Shown: positions 55,390 to 64,000 of the stretch, piece by piece
Numbering within the stretch: position 1 is the first letter of the stretch
Layout of the letters: the number at the start of each line of letters is the position of its first letter
The notes under the pieces: model-generated
The model's database searches: none
What the model saw: only the letters and a program-made list of their open reading frames with translations
Told to the model about the DNA's origin: nothing
DNA from: Dicyema japonicum
Lineage: Eukaryota; Animalia; Dicyemida
Length of the DNA stretch: 64,000 nucleotides
Assembly: GCA_011109175.1 (NCBI GenBank)
Contig: RDEW01000032.1
Coordinates: 328,656 to 392,655, forward strand
Direction of reading: 5' to 3'
Translations under genes and position numbers: made by a program

Positions 55390-56430
55390 ATTTTTTCTTT
55401 ATTAATAATGTTTTTTGCCCTTTTCACTGTTTTTTGTGAATTCTCAATTGTTTGGTTAATCACAGATGATTGTCCATTTATCAATATTGAAATCTCCGTA
55501 CCTTTAGTAGCTGTTCGATTTCCGAGGCAAAAGAAAACCGATTGGTTAAAAACTCCCCCAATCGGATTCCTCTGCAGGAGGAGAGAAGGCTCTTTTGTAT
55601 GGGAGTCGGAACAGTGAGAGGTCATAGACGTTTGATGACTCCATTGATTACGGGAACTGGGATTACCTAGCAGGTCTCACAGTCAATTTTGTATTTGGCA
55701 TAATTATGTAGTGGATTTCATATTCAAGGTATTCAAGTCATTCAGCCGATGTATTAAACATAAAATTTGTTACAGTCGACAAATTTTGATAATGGTTAGT
55801 TCGTCAAAACACTCATGCGTTACCCATAAGTATATTAATACTTACAATTCCAGTTGTGGTTTTTGCTATCTATACTACCAGTTTTCTCCATGTAACCTCT
55901 CTCCTCGCACGCTCGAGGCCATATTATTTTGCTCAATAAGTCCATTATCTCGGCGATGCTTACAAGAAGATAAATTACATGAGACGACTAATCTAAGGTC
56001 AACTGGAACCTCTTGAAATTTGACCACGCATACAAAAGACCTGGCAACACTCTTCTATCGTAGAAAGGTGGAGCTACTTACTTTTGGAAGTTACCTTTCT
56101 AGATAGCTTCTTCCCTTCCAACATTGGGCTGACAGCTACTCACCTAAGATCAGTCTCAGCAAGGTCTGAAACTCTTAAAAGGAAAATGCGATAGTTCATC
56201 TTCAAGATCGTTACTGCCGAAATCTCAGGGATTCTCGGATCCAACTAACAAATTTTCTTAAGATTTGTTAAGAGCGAAGGCAGCAAATCAGCCGAGAAGA
56301 GGGATGACTGATTGAGATCTACTAACTGACAAACCCTCAACAGAGCGATATCATTCAACACTTTGAAAAGCAAACATCAATGTACATCAAAATTAAGTAT
56401 TGATTAGAGCTTAAAAACATTTGCATGTCG
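55390..56430 (-). CDS. Candidate unidentified multi-exon gene, convergent with RPL23A
   Basis: Coding-like segments (LNDIALLRVCQLVDL..., IAEIMDLLSKIIWPRAC...) separated by 20-29-nt GT-AG intron candidates; starts below an A/T island. Confidence 0.35.
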
Positions 56431-57684
56431 AAATATTAAAATAAGCTTTAAAATAGATTTTGAGAAAAATGTCATTCTGAGATTCGAACTGTAATATAAA
56501 TGTAAAATCAAAAAAGCAAAAACCCTCGCTCTTAATGTTTCCTTTTATATAAGGTGAGGGTTCCAAAAGTCTAAAGAATTAAAACAGTTTATAAGGTTAA
56601 GAGATGACCCTTAGACAAGTGGGTTATTAATTTTTAAATATCATAATTACATATCGAAATATATTACATGAGGAAGGAAATAAAATAATTCTATTAATTA
56701 TCAGTAAATTTATTAAATACTTAAAAAATTAAATTTAAAAAATATTTAAAAGTTAGCGCCATTTTTTGATTGTTTTTTGTGTGAATTTATTACATCACAT
56801 TCGAGGAATTCTCTTTCTCTAATCATGGGAATAGCTTGGATAAAGTAACTATAAAGAAGATGAAATTTTCAAAATCTTCCATGAGTTGTTGGTAGCAATG
56901 CTCGGTGTCTCTTCACAATCTTTCTGAATATATTTTACCAACTCTCTTTAACCTAAGCGCTGCATTGTCAATAGATATCTTTGCTCTTCTCTGTACATGT
57001 TTTCGTCGCTCAAGAATGCTGCCAACAAAATCATTGAAGCAAGTTCCAAGTCCACAATCGCTTGATTCCAATCCGTCTTAAGATTTCGTCCGCAAACCCA
57101 AATTGAGTGAACCGAAAAATTCTCATGCGGAGCAAGTCTTTATTAAAGGCCTCAGAAGATGTACGCTGTGTGTGCACTTGTTCATAGGGCACCTTTAAAT
57201 TTGGATGATTCTAGTTCCACAATACCAGTAAACCACCGGCTGTAGAGCATGCCTGTGTTGAGTGGAGATTCGCGCTCTAAATATAATCAAAATACGGGTT
57301 GGTGTCATGTCAATTAAAAGTATAAGGCACGATTCTGTCTTTAACGCCATTTTCCTCCTCTTTGTCGGTCTAGGATCACTTGGTTAGCTAAGAACTCTCT
57401 TTCTTTCCTTTATCCCTTGGATCTTGAAACATTAACGACGAAATAGCTGTATAATGAAGAAAAGGAATTCCATAAGGATATTTTACCTTGAACTTAATCG
57501 CAGATTTTACAAATACGGAAATGTTGTTGCCTTGAATGATTCGTCGACATGCCAACGTTTTGGGAAAATATTGGACGCAAAAGAAGTGGGGACAAATATT
57601 CTTATAATGTTGGTGGTTAGTCAGTTACGTAGTTTCGGGCTCATTAACTTGTAGGAGACCAGCGGCTATTAGCTAGAACGTTTG

Positions 57685-58080
57685 GTGCTACTTGGAATTT
57701 TCATTTTAACGAAGAATTTTTCAAAGATAAGAGTTTCAAGAAGAAGGAACCTATTGCAAGACAAATGGATATATTCAAGACGAAGGAACATATTGAAAGA
57801 CGTAGTAACCCAAAGTGGCGAACTCTCTCGATATTTTCACATTGGACCTGGTACTTACACCAATTGATTTTACAAGACTTTGTTACCCACATCATTGGTC
57901 CCTATAGGCGAATTGGTACCACTGTGGAAGAACATATCGGTGGAAAGGACCTACTTTGGGAGAACTAACCGGAGAGGACTCACTAACTTTGGACTTAATT
58001 GGTTCTGGACATACGTGCGTTTAATAATGAAGGAGATGGGGGACATGTGGACTGTCCAGGCCATTATAGCGTGGGCTAAG
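57685..58080 (+). repeat. Unclassified dispersed repeat, diverged internally deleted copy
   Basis: gaaggaacctattgca, acaccaattgat, gactttgtta.ccacatcat, ggaaaggaccta, gggagaactaac shared with 45985-46665. Confidence 0.7.
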
Positions 58081-58671
58081 ATAAAATTCTCTAGTTAACT
58101 CGTATTTACAGTTGTTACGATTATGGATTTTATTTACTAGATCGCTTCTGAGGTGATTTGCCTTCAAATCGGGGAGGTTTCAAATGGAACAAAGTACATT
58201 TTTTACATCATCCAGTTTACGTAGATATGTAGATAGGGGGTGGTTCCCACATCGCAGACTATCCAGGTTTACCGCGATGTCATTCTGAAGAAAGAATTTT
58301 GATTGGTAGATTGGAGGAGGTGGCCGGCAAGTATTTTATTATTATCGAGTCTTCGGATGGTACTCGTAGAGACAAAATCGTGCAACGGCCCAGATCATTG
58401 AGGTTGGAATTGGTCGATGATAGCATTCAAGAATATTGGTAGCAAGAGAATTACTGAGGTGCTGACAGTTTTCACTGATAATTTCATTGGAGTGTTCATC
58501 AAGAACACAAAGTAGAAATCGATCAAGGGAATGTTGGCAAAGATCTGTCTAAATTTTTTTGCTTGAATGACACTATCCACTTAAAAAATCTAATATGTAC
58601 AGCGGGGGAGATTACAACAGTATGAAATATATGCGTGAAATGCAGAACAATAACAGTTGGATCCCATATTA

Positions 58672-59975
58672 CAGGGGTCGGAAACCGTGGCTCTGAGTTT
58701 TTTTATGTGGCTTTTTCAATTATCGCAAAGATTACTTACATCTCCAATAAAAACATTTTCAAAACAGTGTTCTTCCAAGTTGTTATCATGTATATTTTAT
58801 ATGCTATTTTATATTAAATTGTTATTTTTATTTAACTTATTACATATTTTTCATATATTAATTTTAAAAATCTTACTCGCATAATCATAAATTCTGTTTG
58901 TGGCTATTCAACTATGTCTATAAATTTAAATTTATTGAACCAAAAACATCGTCATAACAAGAATTAAAAATTAATGTGATTCCCGGCTCCCTCAGCAGTC
59001 TTCACATGCTCGGACTTGAAGGAAATGCCGGCCAGGGGGAACTCCTCGGAAAGTTAATGTCCAATGGTTCTTTTGGATATAATTTAGGATTATATGTGCC
59101 GCCACCAGAGATGGTGAACTCACGACGCACCCTGGAGCCAAATGGGAAGAGGAGGAACAGGAACTCAAACATATAATCTACAATTTATGTAGCCACATAG
59201 CACCACACTAACTTTGGTGTCACGTGGAAAATAAGTATAAAACGGATAGAAAACGTCTTTCTCAATTTCAATGGACTGAGACTCTTGCCCTTATATTTGA
59301 TCACTTCCAAAATGTCTCTTTTGCCACGAAACATTCAACCAGAACAAAAATTCAACTCTGGAGAGACGCTTAAATCCAAAGAAAGGTGATTTTTTAGGAA
59401 AATATCGAATTGCGAGCACGAATACTATCTTTGAATTCCAAAAAATATTAAAATTGAAAGTTCAACATTATTGAAAGCAGTCTGCCAGGACTATTAAGAT
59501 TGTAGCTTCATCGTCAGTTATGATGTTGCAAAAAAGGGAAACCATTCACAGATGGTGAATACATCAAATCCTGTTTTTTGTTTTGGACTTGCCGGTGCTA
59601 TAGTTGGCAGATTCATGTCATGTATTGAAAAAGTTTATTCCAGATTCATATCATATCGTCCTCACGATATTCGGGTCTATTTATTTGTGTGAGCAGGCGT
59701 CTTCATATATGATTTGATAAAACCAAATAAAGGAGTCTTATGCAAATTGGAATCCTGTCTTGTTAAAAATATTACTGATGCAAATTTGGAGTCTTGTCAG
59801 AAATGACAAATTACTATTCAGACATAACAATATTGGCGAAGGTAATGCAAAGTCAATTAAATATAATTTTTTATGTTTTATTATTTTAAAAAGTGTTATG
59901 TTTTAGTTTTTTAATTTTTTTAATTGCCAAAAAACAAAAAATTGGCTTTTTGGCTTAAAAGGTTGACGACCCCTG
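58672..59975 (+). mobile_element. Non-autonomous hAT element with both TIRs
   Basis: CAGGGGTCGGAAACC at 58672 and GGTTGACGACCCCTG ending 59975; flanks ccatatta / ccattact (degenerate TSD); internal KPFTDGEYIKSCF; 3' part aligns with 46790-47106. Confidence 0.85.
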
Positions 59976-62539
59976 CCATTACTGTTATTTATGGTTATTT
60001 TTAGAGGCAATGACTACTTAGATCCAAAAAAGAGACAAGTCATAAGAGACATGTAAGGGAATAATATACTATTTATAGATTCGACCTAAATTTACTCTTT
60101 TTCGTAAGCATTATAAATCTAAAGATTTTCTCATCAAGAAACCAAATTATACGGGGATCGCCGATTTATACAAAGAAACTGTCAAAATCAGTGAAATAAT
60201 GGTTAACATCATTAGATGGGCTTTTATAAGTTTATAATATTTGACTACTGTGTTAAAGTCGATGAAGTCATACTTTTTAGCGTGGAAGTCGTGTACTTAA
60301 CGATTTCTACATTCGACGATGACTCTAAGCAAAATGATAGCCTCTGATAATTCACAACAGCAAATTCTAAGTTGAATCTGTACGAAATTTGAGTCTAGGA
60401 TTATCTTTTTAACTCATATCCTTCTTATTCAAATGGCACGTGTTATCAGTTAACAAGATGTTATTATTGTAAGATAAAAAGCTTATACATATCAAAATAT
60501 TATAATACAGGTTCACACTACTTTAACCGAGAAGCATGTGTTATCATGTTAACGGATTCGTTTATTTAAAGATTGTAGGAAATCTCTGTGAGGGTATAAA
60601 TGTGATCTTTAGCTATCCAGGTGACTCCGAATCGACTTTTCAATTTCCTTTAGCTTGAGGATTAGTACACAACCGAGATTTGATCAACAAATTGTCAATA
60701 TAACGTCTGGTATCCTCGGAGCCAGCTCTGACCATGAACTCTTTTTTCAAAGATATGAAAACTCGGGTACAGTAGCGATTGGGAGAATAAGATTAGAAAC
60801 TTTGCTGAATGTCTCTCCACAATCAACTGTCGATTCATCTCCCAATTCTAAAATGTCTTCAATTGTAATGCCTGTTTGAGCACGTGCTGTCCGAAATCCT
60901 GAAAACTGTCAACGGAATTAATTTCGTGTCTATGATTAAAGTACTTCTAGTCTATGACTCTTGGGACAGTGTAAATTCGTGACGACAACCGATCTACTGA
61001 ACATAATACTTACGACACCCTCAAATTCCTCGAAAAGTCTCTTTTCTTTGGTTTCGATCTTTCAAACGAAAGAAACTGGAAGTTGACAAGAAACTAACTC
61101 TCAAAAAACATAGACTCCAGATATCCGTCACTATTTCTTATGCGGAGGGTAAATTCTCTTTGGCAATTAACATTAAGCAATACTAGAGGGATTTTTGTCA
61201 ATAAAGTCAAAAATTCATATGTTTTTTAAAATTGTTTAAAACTTATAAAAAATGATTTTTAATTAAAAATATTATTTAAATCAAAAGCTATAAAGTCAAA
61301 ATTTTGGGTAATGTCAAAAAAAATTAAAATCTAATTTTTCAAGTAAATAAAGTCAAAACATTTATTGATTTTTATTGTTTAATTTTTAGGGTTTTTGAAT
61401 AAAATGCTAACGTTCAAATTCGGAAGGTCATTGAATAGGTTGAGACTGATATTAGAAAATATCTTTGCGAGTTTTCTATTAACTCACAATTTTCTAACAA
61501 CAGATTTTATTGAATCTTTGTCTAATAAACATTAAAAACTAACAGGTCTATCATTTCACAGTTGCTACTGTAAAAATATCTGATTTTCTCATTCCATGCT
61601 AAAGTGTAGAAAAAATATCCCAAGGGTAACTTGAAAGAAGCTATTTTTGAGTTTTTTACATGCATTTATTATAGAGTTTGAAAAATCGGTTTGATCTACG
61701 AAATCGACATAAATATATTTGAACACACAAATAAATTTCTTCCATAAAAGATTGAAATTGGCTCTACGCAAAAAAAATTGTGTTTAAATAACGATTTATG
61801 CGGAATTAAGAAGTATACGGAATCTAGATTTTTGTATTATGTTTTATCTATTAAAAATGGAAAAACAACAAATTTATACATGCATTTACGTCTATTTGAA
61901 AAATATTTTTCCTCGTTATCTATTTAGTAAAGATTATTATTATTGATAAAGAAAATGAACTTCCTAAAAAAGAGATCTTCGGATGGGTGCTTCAAGGAAG
62001 TCTAAGATGTTCGATGGAGATACCTTATCCCACATAATAAAGAATCGAAAATCCTCAAGTCAATAATTTCAATGATCTGTCCAAAGACAGATTCGTCCTA
62101 GTTCCTGATAATTCGACGAGATTAGAACACACTCTATCAAATGCTTCCTCGCTTTGAAACTTTAGATATACTATGTCTCCCTTGTCCATTTTCTCTCTAA
62201 AGGTGGAATAAGAGGTTACAACCACCTTAATTAAATTAAGATCTTTCGTTCAATAAAAAATACACCACTTACTCTAATAAAACAAAAATAAGTCAATATC
62301 ATTACTCAATATTTGTCCCCCGTCACTGATGAGTAACTCTCATTCTAATCTGCGACTCCTGAAATGAAAAACTGTACATCAAAGGAGGGTGACTATTTCT
62401 TGCAGGAAATGTGAACCAATTTAATATCATTTAACATAAAAAACCCAAAGAGTAGATGTTAACCATCCAAGTGATATCAATATCTTTCAGAAGGCAGTTA
62501 GTTTTTGGTATTCTTCCAAGGTTTCAGTGCCTTCTTGTA

Positions 62540-63330
62540 TCTTAGCAGTTATTCCTTGGTAGACCCAGGATGCGCAAGCGTAGTCGACAGTTGCCTTCAG
62601 AAACTAATGTAGACAAAAACAAATTGGACAGGGAAGTTAACATCACCTTCAGACAGCTGAGTAACCTTGTTTGTAAAAACATTCTACATGTGATGACAAA
62701 ACAATAGAACAGATCAAAGGTCACATACATTTCTGGAAACACTGGATGTTAGTTCACTCCTAATCATGTCTCAAGGTTCGCGAGAAAAGACTGTGACAGT
62801 CTTGGCCACTTAAGTAATCTGTTTACATGCGATGACAAAGTCATATGCATAAGTCAGTAGTATTAAATCTCATGGAGAGGAAATCTAAAAAGCAATTTAT
62901 AGAAATGATATCTCTGAGGAATTCTGAAATCAAGATTTTGGAGGACCAACATATATTTTTCTTCTGCGTCACCTGATCATATTCACAATCCATAGCTTTA
63001 TTTTGGGTTGATTCCGACGTTGAATAATTTCTTAGTGTGAATCTTTTTGACACAGAATCAAGGCGGTAATGACGTCAATCGTAATGATGCAACATGTTGA
63101 TTTTGTCCAACAACGAGCAGAAATTGTATACCTCTTTGAACCACAAGCATATTCTATAGCAAAAAAATGGTATGCCGGTAAAATTCGCATATGCAGTCTT
63201 CCGGACGTGGGTCTTCGTTATTTAAGAAAGTCCTCGAGACAGAGTCAAACGCTTTTTGAAAACTATTTAAAACATTGTTGTACGTGTATGGAGATAATTT
63301 TTGAAAAATTAATTTATTAACCCCGGATAC
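62540..63330 (-). mobile_element. Decayed LINE RT
   Basis: FQKAFDSVSRTFL and LLTYAYDFVI (YADD-like) with many stops. Confidence 0.65.
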
Positions 63331-63569
63331 ACCGAGAAGGAAGTTAAAATTAAACAACTAATTAAGTGTATCCAGTTTTCACTTCTAGAGTTCATCCGGA
63401 ACCAGCTTACAGTTGTGAAAACCCTTACAGTGGAGTGGGGAAGAACAAATGATCCTTTTTCGTGCCAGCCTAGCACTAAGAGCCGGCCGAAAAAAAACTG
63501 AAAAATTTAACCAATTGATCATGCATCACCACATGGCGCCAGACGGCGCTTTCGAAATATCTCCGTTAG

Positions 63570-63960
63570 AGTCCAGTGGGCTGTCCTATGGCATTTAAAC
63601 AACCTTAATAGAAACACCAACTGAAATGCGATCTAACAAAATATGACATTTCTGTCTGCTGTCTACAACATCCATAAACGATCGTACAATGCACAGAACT
63701 GTTTGACAAATTCCACCTTTTAACCCTCCCGACATAATGGTCTCGAATTTGCAGTCCATCAAGACCTGATTGACTGTGTTACAAGAGTGCGGGCAGCATC
63801 TGACATTATAATGGAAATGGCAGGCGACCTGGACTACCTAAGAGAACCAGGGCGCAACAGAAGATCATGGCCGAGGCTGACAGAGAGGATGATTCGGATT
63901 TCGGCACAAGGAAAATTATTACTTTTATGTTTTATCGGGAGTGCTTTTCAATAATACTAC
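63570..63960 (+). mobile_element. Mini-RTE type A, second copy
   Basis: Colinear with 18000-18430 including the deletion junction (acaagagtg...attataatggaaatggc) and 3' gggagtgctttt. Confidence 0.85.
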
Positions 63961-64000
63961 GTTGTCAAATGAACCCATCAAGGCTATTGTATCATTTGCA

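Noticed and set aside
60560-61170. Possible minus-strand gene (GITIEDILELGDES...)
   Set aside because: No consistent exon model or recognisable family could be built.

Overview
Eukaryotic nuclear DNA from an AT-rich, compacted animal-type genome using the standard code. Most introns are ultra-short GT-AG introns (about 20-26 nt), as in dicyemids or myxozoan/malacosporean parasites; the species cannot be assigned from this window. Recognised genes: TMC channel, NitFhit fusion, MIC60/IMMT, an HBS1LV3/Ski7-like gene, NDUFS1, ECD, a degenerate MOCS3/Uba4, ATF7IP, an NRAMP/SLC11 transporter and RPL23A. There are also several unidentified multi-exon genes. Complex I plus MIC60 imply an aerobic, cristate mitochondrion. 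Intergenic DNA is a patchwork of decayed LINEs (RTE and CR1/Jockey/I-like), tRNA-headed SINEs, hAT and pogo elements, a Ginger-like element and an unclassified repeat. Single-base frameshifts at homopolymers occur even in essential genes and are best read as assembly errors, so gene models were rebuilt by eye and boundaries are approximate. Most notable: (1) near-pure A/T islands recurring roughly every 1-1.5 kb, housed in rare long introns when inside genes; (2) a 326-bp SINE-like element with direct repeats inside a coding exon of ECD; (3) internally deleted mini-RTE families sharing a 3' motif with the SINE; (4) NitFhit whose Fhit half lacks the histidine triad; (5) an apparently GTPase-less Ski7-like gene; (6) an intron-rich Ginger-derived gene lacking its DDE core.
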